DNA of 54,758 bases from a virus (IMGVR_UViG_3300025771_000034:1-54758), one strand, 5' to 3'; positions 29,601-39,261 are shown, numbered from the stretch's first letter. The notes: a model not told the origin generated them from the sequence alone. Program-made: numbers and translations.

Positions 29601-32600
29601 GCATAATTAATTATTGAGGTTGCATATTTACCAAATACTTTTTCTGCTTCTTCCATATCTGAAACTATTGCTTCAGTTGTACCTTGTTCTAAAGCTTCTT
29701 GATATTTACTGCTTTCTCGAATACTGTTAGCAAAATTATCACCAAATATACTTGCTAATTTTTCTGAGTCAGATAGCATTGTGTTTTGTTGTTCTGGAGT
29801 TAAAAGATCAAAATTCATAAGGAAGTCATATCTTACTGTCCCGTCCTCTGGAAGAGAAGATATTAATCTTAATAATGAAATTAAATCTCCACCAGAAGAT
29901 TCAAAATTAACCGCAATATCTCTAACATCAGACTCATTACCAGATGTTATGAGTGATGATATTGCTTCTGATGCAGCAGTTGACCTTAGTGCTTCAAAAG
30001 GAAGTTTTCCTAAATCTATTTGAGCACTATATATATCAAATAATTCGCCAGCACCTGAAGATATTTCTTCTAAGATGGACTTCATATCTTCAAAATTTAT
30101 TTCTCCTTGTAAACCAAGTGCTGCAGATATTAGTTCATTTTGATCAATTGTTGATGCTTGACCAGTTTTAGCTGCAGTTTCTCTTCCAACTTCTTCTACT
30201 GTTACAGCAGTCATCTCCATCCCAGGACCAGTATACTGGTCTACAACTTGAGGGATTTCTTCTGTAGTTACTGGCTCTCCGCTTCTTAAACGACCAGTTA
30301 TTGATTCTAATTCTTTAACCTGATCTTCTGTATATATTCCAGCAGAAGAAACTTGCTCAATAACTGCTTGCATTGTTGCGCCCAAATCATTTGTTTTATC
30401 TAGTGCAAATTGAATTGCCTCGCTATAATCACTTTGAGCCTTTGTTGTTTTTTCAATAATTAATTGAAGTTCTTCATACCCTATATCACCAGCAGCGAAC
30501 TGCTCTCTAGCTAACGCTTCTGCATTAGAAAAGTCTTGAATTATTTGTGTTGCAGCACCTATTGTTTTAGAAGCTTCTTCATGTGTAAGCGTAGTTTCAT
30601 TTAGTGCATTTGACATAAGATCGGAAGACTTTGATATTCTTTTTTCAGCTAAATTAATTAGTGATTCTGGACCCTGACCTTGTTCAGATATTCTTGTTGC
30701 TACTTGAGTTCCTAAAACTGCATCACCAATTTCTATAGCAATGCCTTTTGCAAAAGCTTGAGCTGTTGTTTGATCTAGCATTCCCGCTGCTATTGCATAA
30801 CTTAAGTTATCAGAAAGTTTTTTAAATCTTTCTGCAGAGGTTGAATTTTTAAGATCTTCAATAAATGCCTGTCCCTTTTCTGAAGAAAACATGTTTTGAA
30901 ACTCTTGAGCATATTCATTTAGAATTTCTTTATCTTCTTTATTTAATGTAAGCTGTGCCCTTCTTTGTGAAGGCGTTTGTTGTCCCATTAATGCTGCCAT
31001 ATTGTTCAAAGCATTTGCAGTTGCACCTAGATTTGCTCCAAATTCTGCAGCTTTACGAGAAGCGGTATCAACACCATCTCTCCACTTATAAAGTGCAACT
31101 CCAGCCGCTGTTGCCGCTGCTGTTACTCCAGCAATTGCGAGTCCAACTGGCCCCATGCCTGCAAGCATTGGAGCCATTGACAACAACATTCCTCCACCCA
31201 TCATTGCAGTTGATGCTACTTGATTTTGTGCAACGCCTGGAATCATCATTCCACCCATCATTGCCGTGCCCCCAAGCATGGATAGGCCCATTGCTCTTCC
31301 ACCCATCATTCCCATTCCACCAGAACGAGAAATACCAAGATTTCTTACTATTTGTCTTGCTTCTTTTCTAGCCATTCTTCTTGTTGGGAAGGGACCACTC
31401 TTCATTCCATTTGTACCCTCTGCATAAAAACCGTTTCTCTTATCTCCAACAACATCTCCTGCAGCGTAACCTCTAATGGTTCCATCATTGATAGCTTTAA
31501 GAAGGGCCATGTTAGATTGGGTAGCTTTTTTATTTACAACAAATTCCCCTGGGGTAAGCATTGCAGGAACAGTATCTTTGTTACCTACACCAGGAACAAT
31601 ATGCCCTCCTTTATTTGCATGAGCAAATTGAACACCTTTTATTCCAGGTCCTGTCACACTCTTATAACTATAATCTGCTCCTGGGGCAGAACCCAACTCT
31701 CCTCTTAATAGCCTTAAATTTACTGGCCCATCATCATCGTTTACCCATATATTAGCCTTATTTCTTCCATCTTTTATGTATTGTTTTTCACCGACACTAA
31801 TTATTGCCATTTCTTCTCGTTCTGTATCTATACCATCTTTTTTCTGTTTCTCGGTTAATTTTCTTATATGTCTTGATATTCTAATTCTTCCATCTGGCAA
31901 TAAGTCTGCCTTTATTAGATTCTCAGATCTATCAAAACCTGAGCCAAACTCTTGTTGAACATTCCTAGCTGAGTATTCCTTCTGCCTCAGACCAATTTCT
32001 TGATCTTGAAGTGTCATTTTTGCATCTATAACTGCTGGTTTTCTAATGGCATCAAGAAAGTCTCTACCATTAACACCTGATTCTTCTATTGCCTCCCTGT
32101 ACAAAAGTTTTATTCTGGTATCATTAACTTTAGTTTCTTCTAAACCGCTCAAACTTCTTTTAAAATTTTTAATAATCGTATCTGTATTCACAGTAGAATT
32201 TGGATTTCTTGAATTCCATGTTTGTGCTTGTTGTCTCAATACAACAAAAGAATCATATGTGTCATCATTTAAATCATCTAGTAGTTGTCTTGCTGTTGGA
32301 TTAGCATCAACATTTCCATCTTTTAATTGTTGATTATATTTTGAATGAAATCCTACGGAACCTCTCGTATCTGCATTAGTCGTAATTTCAAGCTCATTAG
32401 CAAGCGACCAGGCTCTTCTTTTTGCTGGTTCTGATATGTCACTTAGATTAAAATCATTTTCTAAAAATCTTTGTTGTTGATTTTGCCGTCCTTGTTGTCG
32501 TCGTGCTTCTGCTTGCTGCCAAGGGCTACCCTTGGACACTATTGGCATAATTGTCTGATTATTAATTGGAGGCTTTCTTCTAAACATTGATAGCAGCCTA

Positions 32601-34801
32601 GCAACTATTCCACCAGCAAAGTATCCTGGAACCTTTCCACTTTCATTTATCTGCCTAAGCAAAGGTAGGTTATCTTGTGTTGCCTGCTTATTGACAACAA
32701 ATTCACCAGGGGTGAGCATTGCTGGTACTGTGTCTGTATTTCCTGAACCTGGAATTGTACCGCCGCGATTTCTTCTAACCCTTGGACCTCTTGTACCTGC
32801 TGCTCCCATTGCTGCAGCACTTGTACCAAACACAAGTTCATTCATCGCGGCTGTCTCACGCATTTGTTGTGTCAAAATTTCATATGCATAAGCAAGTTCC
32901 ATAACTGCTGCCTGAGCACCCTCACTTGCTCCAACCTGACCAAGTAGTGCGGCATTTACTGCCTCTGTAGATCCAGCCAATTGTTGAGATGCTGTTGCAG
33001 CATCAATTTGTTCTAGAGACATATAGTTTACAGACTGTGATACTGCATCAAATGCACCCTTAATACCGCCGCTCAAAAATCCTCTAAATGCTGAACCAGT
33101 TACTGCACCAAACTTTGTAAGTGTTCCAACAAGGTTTACCAACAAACCTAAGAACATTGTGCCTGCAGGTATTACGAGGCCAACAACAACTGTTGCCAAT
33201 CCAATAAACTTCTTAGCAAAATCTGGCAAGTTATTAAATGCATCTGCAATCTTTGACAAGAAATTAATAACTGGAATAGCAAGCTTAGTAAACATTTCAC
33301 CTATAGGTGCTATTGCCAACTGTAGTTTTTCCATTGCTGCAGTAAACTGAGTTCCTACTGCTTCTTCAATAGCACTAAGCTCTTTTTCTGCAGATGCCGC
33401 CATTTCACCAGCACTCATTCCTGTCATTTCAAGAACTCTGGCTGCCTGTGTTCCCTCTTTATTGATATTATCAAATAGTGCTGCTAGTCTTGCGTACTGG
33501 AACTTTCCAAAGATTTCTTCAATTGCCTGCTGTCTACTGAATTGATCAAGGGTGTCAAAGGCATCTGCTAGTGCTTGTACAGTACCCATCAGGTCGCCTC
33601 TGTTCGCCTGAATTATTGTATCTAAGGAAATGCCCATGCCTTGCAACTTTTCTTTAGCCTTGTCTGTAGGGTTAATTAATGAAGCAAGACCAGACTTGAG
33701 TGCCTGTGCACCCTGAGCAGCACTAACACCGCCTTCTTGCATTGCAGCAAGGAATGCAGCCAGATCTTCTACATCTCCACCAAGACCTTTAATTACTGGG
33801 GCAACGCGAGGGATTGCTCCAGAAAGATCTTGTAGAGTTACGACTGTTTGGTTTTCAACCATGTTAAGGAAGTTAACAGATTTAGCAAGCTCGTCACCAG
33901 AAAGTTTAAATGCATTCTGCAAAGAAATGGTTGTCTTTAGTGCCTCATTCTGTTCCATTTGGCCCAGGGTTGCAAGTCTGGTTGCCTGTGTTGTAGCATC
34001 AATCAGTTCTTGATTCTGTGCGCCTGCTGCGGCTGCCTCTGCAGCCAAACCAATAGTATCTTTTACGGCGATACCATACTTTGTATATTCTTTAGCAAGC
34101 TCTTTAACTGCATCAAGGTTGGCCTGCATTTCTTCTGGGGGAGTAAAGGCATCTCCATATACCTTTTTAAAGTTTACGGCTTCCTTTTCTAGCTCTCTAA
34201 ATGTCTTTCCTGCAACAGCACCAAAAATTGTAAGAGGAACGGTAAAACCAACCATAAGCTGGCGACCAGTCCACTGTGTATTCTTACCAAAATTAATCAT
34301 AGAAGTAGTTGCTTGATTAAGCATTGATCTATGAATTGCAAGTTTTTGAGCACTTACTGTTGCTGCATTATTAAATGCTTGAAGGGGTCTAATGGCAATT
34401 GCATCTCGCATACCATTTGCTGCTGCCCCTGTAGCAACAAATTGTGTTTGAAGTGCTGCTGCTCTTGTTTCTGCTAAAGATAGTGCGCTTGCTGCTGCTG
34501 CGCTATTTTTAAGAAACTTAGCACTAAAGAACTGCCCCAGAGTTCCTTGACCTTTTGCCAATGTTTTGTCAAGTTTGCCTGCGGCAGTTTGCATTCTTAC
34601 TGTTTCAGCAGTAAAGAATCTAGATGCATTGACAAGCTCCATGAGATTGTCTTTTGCATTTCTCATTGCGGTTGCTTGAACAGCAGAACCCTTTGTTAGG
34701 GTAGAATTAAATGCATTTAATTGTGATTGAAGTCTTTTTAGGCCAGCAGCGGCCTCACTGGTATTAATATCAACATTAATACGAGCATTAGCATTAGCCA
34801 A
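26657..34801 (-). CDS. Tail tape measure protein
   Basis: 2714 aa after the tail chaperones; TP901-like helical core, hydrophobic segments, long coiled coils, three DTVPAMLTPGEFVV motifs. Confidence 0.93.
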   Translation of the reverse strand: MANANARINVDINTSEAAAGLKRLQSQLNAFNSTLTKGSAVQATAMRNAKDNLMELVNASRFFTAETVRMQTAAGKLDKTLAKGQGTLGQFFSAKFLKNSAAAASALSLAETRAAALQTQFVATGAAANGMRDAIAIRPLQAFNNAATVSAQKLAIHRSMLNQATTSMINFGKNTQWTGRQLMVGFTVPLTIFGAVAGKTFRELEKEAVNFKKVYGDAFTPPEEMQANLDAVKELAKEYTKYGIAVKDTIGLAAEAAAAGAQNQELIDATTQATRLATLGQMEQNEALKTTISLQNAFKLSGDELAKSVNFLNMVENQTVVTLQDLSGAIPRVAPVIKGLGGDVEDLAAFLAAMQEGGVSAAQGAQALKSGLASLINPTDKAKEKLQGMGISLDTIIQANRGDLMGTVQALADAFDTLDQFSRQQAIEEIFGKFQYARLAALFDNINKEGTQAARVLEMTGMSAGEMAASAEKELSAIEEAVGTQFTAAMEKLQLAIAPIGEMFTKLAIPVINFLSKIADAFNNLPDFAKKFIGLATVVVGLVIPAGTMFLGLLVNLVGTLTKFGAVTGSAFRGFLSGGIKGAFDAVSQSVNYMSLEQIDAATASQQLAGSTEAVNAALLGQVGASEGAQAAVMELAYAYEILTQQMRETAAMNELVFGTSAAAMGAAGTRGPRVRRNRGGTIPGSGNTDTVPAMLTPGEFVVNKQATQDNLPLLRQINESGKVPGYFAGGIVARLLSMFRRKPPINNQTIMPIVSKGSPWQQAEARRQQGRQNQQQRFLENDFNLSDISEPAKRRAWSLANELEITTNADTRGSVGFHSKYNQQLKDGNVDANPTARQLLDDLNDDTYDSFVVLRQQAQTWNSRNPNSTVNTDTIIKNFKRSLSGLEETKVNDTRIKLLYREAIEESGVNGRDFLDAIRKPAVIDAKMTLQDQEIGLRQKEYSARNVQQEFGSGFDRSENLIKADLLPDGRIRISRHIRKLTEKQKKDGIDTEREEMAIISVGEKQYIKDGRNKANIWVNDDDGPVNLRLLRGELGSAPGADYSYKSVTGPGIKGVQFAHANKGGHIVPGVGNKDTVPAMLTPGEFVVNKKATQSNMALLKAINDGTIRGYAAGDVVGDKRNGFYAEGTNGMKSGPFPTRRMARKEARQIVRNLGISRSGGMGMMGGRAMGLSMLGGTAMMGGMMIPGVAQNQVASTAMMGGGMLLSMAPMLAGMGPVGLAIAGVTAAATAAGVALYKWRDGVDTASRKAAEFGANLGATANALNNMAALMGQQTPSQRRAQLTLNKEDKEILNEYAQEFQNMFSSEKGQAFIEDLKNSTSAERFKKLSDNLSYAIAAGMLDQTTAQAFAKGIAIEIGDAVLGTQVATRISEQGQGPESLINLAEKRISKSSDLMSNALNETTLTHEEASKTIGAATQIIQDFSNAEALAREQFAAGDIGYEELQLIIEKTTKAQSDYSEAIQFALDKTNDLGATMQAVIEQVSSAGIYTEDQVKELESITGRLRSGEPVTTEEIPQVVDQYTGPGMEMTAVTVEEVGRETAAKTGQASTIDQNELISAALGLQGEINFEDMKSILEEISSGAGELFDIYSAQIDLGKLPFEALRSTAASEAISSLITSGNESDVRDIAVNFESSGGDLISLLRLISSLPEDGTVRYDFLMNFDLLTPEQQNTMLSDSEKLASIFGDNFANSIRESSKYQEALEQGTTEAIVSDMEEAEKVFGKYATSIINYANITDTPLSRLTGYAKEISKIPQDLQFKLGIDITNREDLKQFGPLADDIANSASILLKLPEEINVKAFIEANTNKNGELASPEELANEVIKIRKAMADLDSTKPEIVKKAAVQIMVQEGMTQTDANTAFGKLLARMKDFNDFKVEDKVIVIQAYVELEQAIEALSALEESMAEFGGVGGGGALDRKANQLAKERVRNAIQILEAAQQTSRINLADSGTRTGPGGNGQKEKTLFQQLKEQAQASQKMLAGMSKLGNQRGFKKFISGPFAPEFLEYLRSQGEKGLKLIRGGLDKVKGAYANFVADRSAQLAAEAMALPFTLANQLQNQREDLDYRKSLVAEGRSIEEVEIIAEQTKAYRDQIQINKDIIRQERQKKKSERNTGRIKQLREENSLLQKATNSVEKFAKEQLDLNEESDQFTKFNTELGSLDDQVKAANYALELMSEGIAPSAAVAISQIAGAANYSTEELSKFVGLFEELEILTLAMQDPAQLRLQQLQGQENINRLKYEIELLENINKNETMSALYAEEKVDNHEDLLEVYERENELKSREIELRQRALEPIDEEITRLEEQKETIQETYDNQIEALDEIFEKEEKIIALKEKSLDVADALSSGDIAAAARAQMQLQSELAAQRREDQRSMLELKKQKEIENIDDKINKAKDRRKVIEEDIKRLQLEQRDIQDQIYNTQFFINEEAARLEDKYKLGNNQLAMLRAELELAEVDQRKLNAAIDEQNERLAAANRIKQQNATSYSAPAPAPAPAAPVPGVTTPGTLQQANIAAGKPVTVADTKAQTWYETKTPADSVIQSVVNRAAQGDTSGFRAREWAIIANNIGRAATVMYGGKIKQLMFGGSVNYRGSRETPPGFMYGGKMKKFASGSWVPGNGMLDSVPAMLTPGEFVVRKPVAETYGNFLQSLNGQVFPRVNFRQPMPNGSASESGSMYNYNVNVTLNGSDMNPDDVANAVMKKIKMTENTRLRGYNTRG
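27317..27349. repeat. (GCTGGT)n coding microsatellite, Pro-Ala linker in tape measure
   Basis: gctggtgctggtgctggtgctggtgc encodes APAPAPAPAAP on the minus strand. Confidence 0.8.
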
Positions 34802-35198
34802 TCTTTGTCACCTGCCCGTCACCGTCAACTGAAACGGCATCTAGGCCAAGGCCAATTCCAAAACCCTTCATCTTGGCATTTTTACCTTTAAGTGCCATAA
34901 CATCTTTGGGATTACTTGTTTTACCGCCGCTAAATGCTCTAGCCTTTATTTCTTCCCAGGTACTTCCCTTGTTTTTAGCATTAGACTGATCAAGATCAAC
35001 GCCCTGGAGGGCTGCCATAAATTTTTTGTTCTGATAATCGTCTTCTTGTTTTGCTTCAAGAATAGCCACTAGTTCTGGCATTGACAGGTTATCCTCCAGT
35101 TCTTGGTAATCCTTCCAATGCCCCAGAAGAAATACCTTTGATTCTATTGCGGCGAGATCTAGCTCTGACCAGCTAGAGCCGCCGCTAGTGCGTTTGGG
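34794..35198 (-). CDS. Tail assembly chaperone, frameshifted (GT) portion
   Basis: The -1 frame is open from the slippery site (...WSELDLAAIESKVFLLGHWKDYQELEDNLSMPEL...) to the stop at 34794. The ORF track shows only 34794..35081. Confidence 0.8.
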   Translation of the reverse strand, partial: PKRTSGGSSWSELDLAAIESKVFLLGHWKDYQELEDNLSMPELVAILEAKQEDDYQNKKFMAALQGVDLDQSNAKNKGSTWEEIKARAFSGGKTSNPKDVMALKGKNAKMKGFGIGLGLDAVSVDGDGQVTKIG

Positions 35199-35494
35199 TC
35201 ATCAAGTTTGATCCCCGCTGCGACTTCAATAATCTTGTAGATCGTTGGTAGATCTACAACATCTTCTAGCTTTGTTTTGTCTGAATACTCATCGTTGTAC
35301 TGCTTCATCGCAATAGCAGCACAATCAAGAAGTAGATCCATTGACTTAATATTGTCAGAAGCAATATCTTCATCACCAATCTTCTGGAATTCTTTCATGA
35401 ATTCACGCAGAAGAGAGATTTTGAGGGGACGCATAGTAATTGTTGTCCCATCAATTAATTCAACCTCTACCGTTTCGTAGACGCTTGTTGCCAT
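35159..35494 (-). CDS. Tail assembly chaperone (G)
   Basis: 111 aa between tail tube and tape measure; GGAGG SD. Confidence 0.85.
   Translation of the reverse strand: MATSVYETVEVELIDGTTITMRPLKISLLREFMKEFQKIGDEDIASDNIKSMDLLLDCAAIAMKQYNDEYSDKTKLEDVVDLPTIYKIIEVAAGIKLDDPNALAAALAGQS
35192..35198 (-). other. -1 programmed ribosomal frameshift site CCCAAAC
   Basis: C CCA AAC is an XXXYYYZ heptamer in the correct phase; the -1 frame has TGA immediately before it and is open after it. Confidence 0.8.
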
Positions 35495-35551
35495 TTATTC
35501 CTCCTAGAATATAATTAAATTATAGCATAGCAGGGGTATTTTATCATAAAT

Positions 35552-35587
35552 ACACTAAACCCCGCCTTTTTGGGGCGGGGCAAGTGT
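35552..35587 (-). terminator. Intrinsic terminator after major tail gene
   Basis: CCCCGCC/GGCGGGG stem followed by TTTAGTGTATTT on the minus strand. Confidence 0.75.
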
Positions 35588-35605
35588 TATTAAATTTTTA
35601 TTTAA

Positions 35606-36289
35606 TTAGGAACCAACAACGCGGTCTACGATCTTACCGTAGGAACCGTTGTCTGCTGGTAGCAAACGGAATGAAACCTCAAACATTGTAGGCTCATCAC
35701 GCTTTGCGGAAGCAGTTACACTCTCAATTGAAAGTGCACGGTGAGCGACGTAAACACGCTCTACCTTGTTAGCACCAATTGCGGCTGGATCACCTGAGCC
35801 TGGGCCTACAGCGATCATAGCACGCTCTAGTGGTACTTCACCAAGGTCGCCAGACTGAAGAACTAGTGTCTCTTCATTTGAGCCAGAGCCTGTTAGGTCT
35901 GCGTCTTGTGCTGCTGTTGCAACAAGAAGGTTCTCAAGAGTACCTTCAGCAAAAGCTGTGACCATGTTAACCTGCATACCCTGCTTGTAAAGGCGAGCAA
36001 CGTCAAGTAGCTGATCTACCTGAACCTCACCAAAGTCTGGCTGGAACTGAACCTCTAGACCATTCATTGTGTAACCAACGTTGCGCCAGTTAGCGGAAGC
36101 GGAAGCTCCTGCTAGTGTGTCAGCAAACTCTGTTCCAGAAACAAAATCTGGAATATCGTCGCCTGCGGCACCGTCGAATGAATACTCTGCTGGATCTGTA
36201 CCATCAATAAACTTTAGTGAACCACTTCTTGAAACAAAAAGCTGTGCTGCACCTACAATGATCTGTGTTGAATCACCAAGAGTTGCCAT
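35606..36289 (-). CDS. Major tail (tube) protein
   Basis: IIVGAA.LF...VGYT..GL...EVQVDQLLD...F.LLP; position before the chaperones; own promoter and terminator. Start ATG 36289. Confidence 0.85.
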   Translation of the reverse strand: MATLGDSTQIIVGAAQLFVSRSGSLKFIDGTDPAEYSFDGAAGDDIPDFVSGTEFADTLAGASASANWRNVGYTMNGLEVQFQPDFGEVQVDQLLDVARLYKQGMQVNMVTAFAEGTLENLLVATAAQDADLTGSGSNEETLVLQSGDLGEVPLERAMIAVGPGSGDPAAIGANKVERVYVAHRALSIESVTASAKRDEPTMFEVSFRLLPADNGSYGKIVDRVVGS

Positions 36290-36358
36290 ATATTTTTTCA
36301 CCCCTTATTAGTTAAATTTGGCGTGGGGCGTTTCCTCAATTACATTATAGCCTATGTT

Positions 36359-36859
36359 TTAAGCATTGTAAATATCTGAGATATGATAGTCATATTTGAT
36401 TATGAGGTTGGCAGAATACTGTTTATTTTTACCCTGCTGTTCTGTGGTGTTTCCAACGTAATTAACCTGGCTAGTATTTACACAATGAAAATATATTCTA
36501 GTATTTGATAGGGTTTCACCAGCATACTCATTTATATCCCGTGCCCCATCATCTTCTCTATCAAGGACATTGGAAATAAAGTCTCTCCATTCAAATATAT
36601 CTCCTACCCCACCCTTTATGGAATACATCATTTGACCAGCTTTTACTGGATAGAAATATTTTCTTGTTGTTCTTGCTCTCATAAAGGAATCATAAACTAT
36701 ATAAGGCTTTGTTCCCCATGCCGTGTCTCCAGCTTTTATATCGCTAATTGGAAAAAATGGTATAAGGCCAGAGGTGTAATTAGAATATATAGCAGGCTTT
36801 GCCAATTCAAATTGCTTCCATACATATTTATTGATTATAAGTTCTGGATAATTACTCAT
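36359..36859 (-). CDS. Tail terminator-like protein
   Basis: Directly upstream of the tail tube; PYIVYD motif. Start ATG 36859. Confidence 0.55.
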   Translation of the reverse strand: MSNYPELIINKYVWKQFELAKPAIYSNYTSGLIPFFPISDIKAGDTAWGTKPYIVYDSFMRARTTRKYFYPVKAGQMMYSIKGGVGDIFEWRDFISNVLDREDDGARDINEYAGETLSNTRIYFHCVNTSQVNYVGNTTEQQGKNKQYSANLIIKYDYHISDIYNA

Positions 36860-37541
36860 TTTCACCACCTGGCATATTCATAACCCATTTTAGCGCAGTT
36901 GTTCTACCTATGCCAGCGGCATTGCCAGATTTTACTGCACTACCAAAATTCGACTCAAACCCTTTTGGATTCTCAAAATGTTGATAAAATCTAATTGCTC
37001 TTAAATATACTTGTTCAAAATAAGTATTATAAAATTCTTCAAACGCTGCAACAAATGATCCCCGTACACCCTCGCCACCTGGATTTTCTATTACAATTGG
37101 TCCAGCAGTAAAAAACTCATCTCCATTGTATTGAATAAACATAGCCTTTGCCTGAACAGCCTGAACTGTAATTGGAATACCTTCCTCCATAATCTCAGCC
37201 TTTTCATAAAATGGCTCTGACCCACCTTCTGGGATACTAGAAGATGTTACAAATTCGGAATCTATTTGTGCAGATTTTCCACTAAGTCTTTTCTTTAATT
37301 CCACAAGTCTTGAGTCTGGATCTCCTACTGCGCCCCACTCATAAACATGATGAAGCATTCCTGGATTTGTTCTTGCTAGTGTATCAAGGTAATCATAAAA
37401 TGCATCAATGCTTGTATCTGCTAATCTACTTGCTACCGTTTTTTCTTGTGCTTTTGTTTCTTTAATAAATCCATTAGAATATGAAACAACATTATTTAAC
37501 ATTTTCATTGCTTCTTTTCCATCAAACTTAATTGTATACAT
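36852..37541 (-). CDS. Neck / tail completion protein (putative)
   Basis: 229 aa; assigned by synteny in the head-tail block. Confidence 0.5.
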   Translation of the reverse strand: MYTIKFDGKEAMKMLNNVVSYSNGFIKETKAQEKTVASRLADTSIDAFYDYLDTLARTNPGMLHHVYEWGAVGDPDSRLVELKKRLSGKSAQIDSEFVTSSSIPEGGSEPFYEKAEIMEEGIPITVQAVQAKAMFIQYNGDEFFTAGPIVIENPGGEGVRGSFVAAFEEFYNTYFEQVYLRAIRFYQHFENPKGFESNFGSAVKSGNAAGIGRTTALKWVMNMPGGENE

Positions 37542-37984
37542 TATAGAGCCACCTGCAAATCTGATCTGCGTAGCAATATTCTATATCCCATAATATTATG
37601 AACTGCATCAAACATTGGCTCAATTGTATCTATTTCAAAATTTGTTGGCTCTGTGTCAGTTTCTGTCCAGGCAATTGATCCGAAAGGATCTTTGATATTA
37701 CGAACCAAGATATCTGTTGGCCTATAATGTGTACCATCTAAAGACTTATAAATATTTTCATTGGTACGCATATTTATTTTTACATCATACTCAAGAAACT
37801 TTTCTGATGTTAATTGAGTTCTCATTTGAGATTGTGGGTTTTCTTTAATTGCTGAACAATTAATGCTTCTATCCATTGTCCATGATCTTTGAAGTTCTCC
37901 AAAATCGTTCTGGCTTTTTGTAGCATAATAAATATCTGCAGTCATGGGGTAGAAAAGACCATTAAGATTGCCTTGGGGTAGCAT
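37541..37984 (-). CDS. Head-to-tail stopper (putative)
   Basis: 147 aa beta-rich protein after the adaptor; Q..FGE...W pattern. Confidence 0.6.
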   Translation of the reverse strand: MLPQGNLNGLFYPMTADIYYATKSQNDFGELQRSWTMDRSINCSAIKENPQSQMRTQLTSEKFLEYDVKINMRTNENIYKSLDGTHYRPTDILVRNIKDPFGSIAWTETDTEPTNFEIDTIEPMFDAVHNIMGYRILLRRSDLQVAL

Positions 37985-38853
37985 TAAATCACCCCAGGAA
38001 TTATTCTATTCTTATATCCCGATAGAATTTTGTCTGCAATAAGATTTCCTGTACCCGTGGTTATTCCCTTGCCAAACTTAACCTTAAACTCATTGTTGTC
38101 AAACTCTTCGATATATCTGTTGATATATCTCATGTTGTCATTTGTAATATCTTGCATAATAAGCTCACAAGCTTCTTGAATGTCTTCTGGTACAACAATG
38201 TATCCAAAATCTCCATCTACAAGATAATCGTATCCACTAAAAAAGTCTGTGTCAAGATATCTATCTCGCCAAACATATTTATACTCCATCTTATTTACTT
38301 GTGTTACGGAAGTAACAATAGATGTTCCATCTACACTTATCTTATATTCTTGAAGATCTTCATCTTCATAGTCATAAATTTTTACACCATTTTCATATAG
38401 ATAATATAGTTTTTGAATTTTTTCATCTAATGGTAGGTAATCAAGTCCCATTCCATATATTTCTTTTTGTTTTCTTTGAAAATCAAACTTTCCTGCTTCA
38501 GACTCAATAATTTTTCTGGCTACCTTCTCAACTTGAATTGCCTGTGCTGTTGTAATTCCTAATTTATTTTTTACGCTTGTAATATCGCAATATGGTTTAA
38601 CAACATCAATTCCATCGGTTATTACTAATGCACTAGCAGCAGTATAAACTGTTGCTTTAAGACTTCCAGTATAGGTAAGGTAACGATCATCAAGTCCAAA
38701 GGTTACAATTTTAGAAGAATTAGATGTGGCACTAGTTGAATAGGTGCTTCCAGTTGTCAAATCATCATATGACAAAATATAGAGTGTTGATGCGTCTGGT
38801 ACGCTAAATGAAACCTCTACGGTTGTTGTTTCTGGAAGTCTAAGAGTTTCCAT
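37984..38853 (-). CDS. Head-to-tail adaptor
   Basis: PYC...ARKIIE...G.FGY..VPEDIQEAC..I motif; N-terminal beta-rich extension. Confidence 0.7.
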   Translation of the reverse strand: METLRLPETTTVEVSFSVPDASTLYILSYDDLTTGSTYSTSATSNSSKIVTFGLDDRYLTYTGSLKATVYTAASALVITDGIDVVKPYCDITSVKNKLGITTAQAIQVEKVARKIIESEAGKFDFQRKQKEIYGMGLDYLPLDEKIQKLYYLYENGVKIYDYEDEDLQEYKISVDGTSIVTSVTQVNKMEYKYVWRDRYLDTDFFSGYDYLVDGDFGYIVVPEDIQEACELIMQDITNDNMRYINRYIEEFDNNEFKVKFGKGITTGTGNLIADKILSGYKNRIIPGVI

Positions 38854-38856
38854 TCA

Positions 38857-39189
38857 CTATACCCCGTAGGCAATTGCCACTTCTTCTGGTGTAGCCATTC
38901 TTACCTTTGTAGAAATTTTCATCCATTCATCGGCCTGATCTGGCGTAACAATGTTATATCCCTTGTCTAGCCTTCCTAGAGCTGGGTGAACTAGTTTGCC
39001 CTCTGAATAAACAGCGGTTGGTTGTGGCTTAGGATCTTCCTTTTTTGGAGCAGTCTTAGAAGTGATTGTTTTAGAAGTTGTCTTCTTTGTTGACTTTGGC
39101 TTATCTTCTACCTCTACTTCTTTTTTATCTTGAAGTGATTTAGAAACATATGCTTTGTCATAAGAACTTCTAATAATATTATCGCTCAT
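38857..39189 (-). CDS. Hypothetical protein downstream of capsid
   Basis: 110 aa, AAGGAGG SD, K/T-rich linker, ATPEEVA..YG end. Confidence 0.7.
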   Translation of the reverse strand: MSDNIIRSSYDKAYVSKSLQDKKEVEVEDKPKSTKKTTSKTITSKTAPKKEDPKPQPTAVYSEGKLVHPALGRLDKGYNIVTPDQADEWMKISTKVRMATPEEVAIAYGV

Positions 39190-39227
39190 TATAATCCTCC
39201 TTTGTTATTATATCATCTATAAAAGTG

Positions 39228-39261
39228 TTGAAGGGGAGCCATATTTCAGACTCCCCTCCAA
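39228..39261 (-). terminator. Intrinsic terminator after major capsid gene
   Basis: GGGGAG...CTCCCC stem followed by TTCAACACTTTT on the minus strand. Confidence 0.75.

Noticed and set aside
31365-31445. Tape measure segment GFYAEGTNGMKSGPFPTRRMAR resembling the N-domain of the 392-aa protein (GYAVVKLPDGSVSGCHTTRASAR)
   Set aside because: Too short to support homology by eye; needs an HMM comparison.
35082-35161. TAG readthrough or genetic-code reassignment at the chaperone stop
   Set aside because: The downstream coding continues in the -1 frame, not frame 0. TAG, TGA and TAA all act as normal stops elsewhere and long genes are intact.
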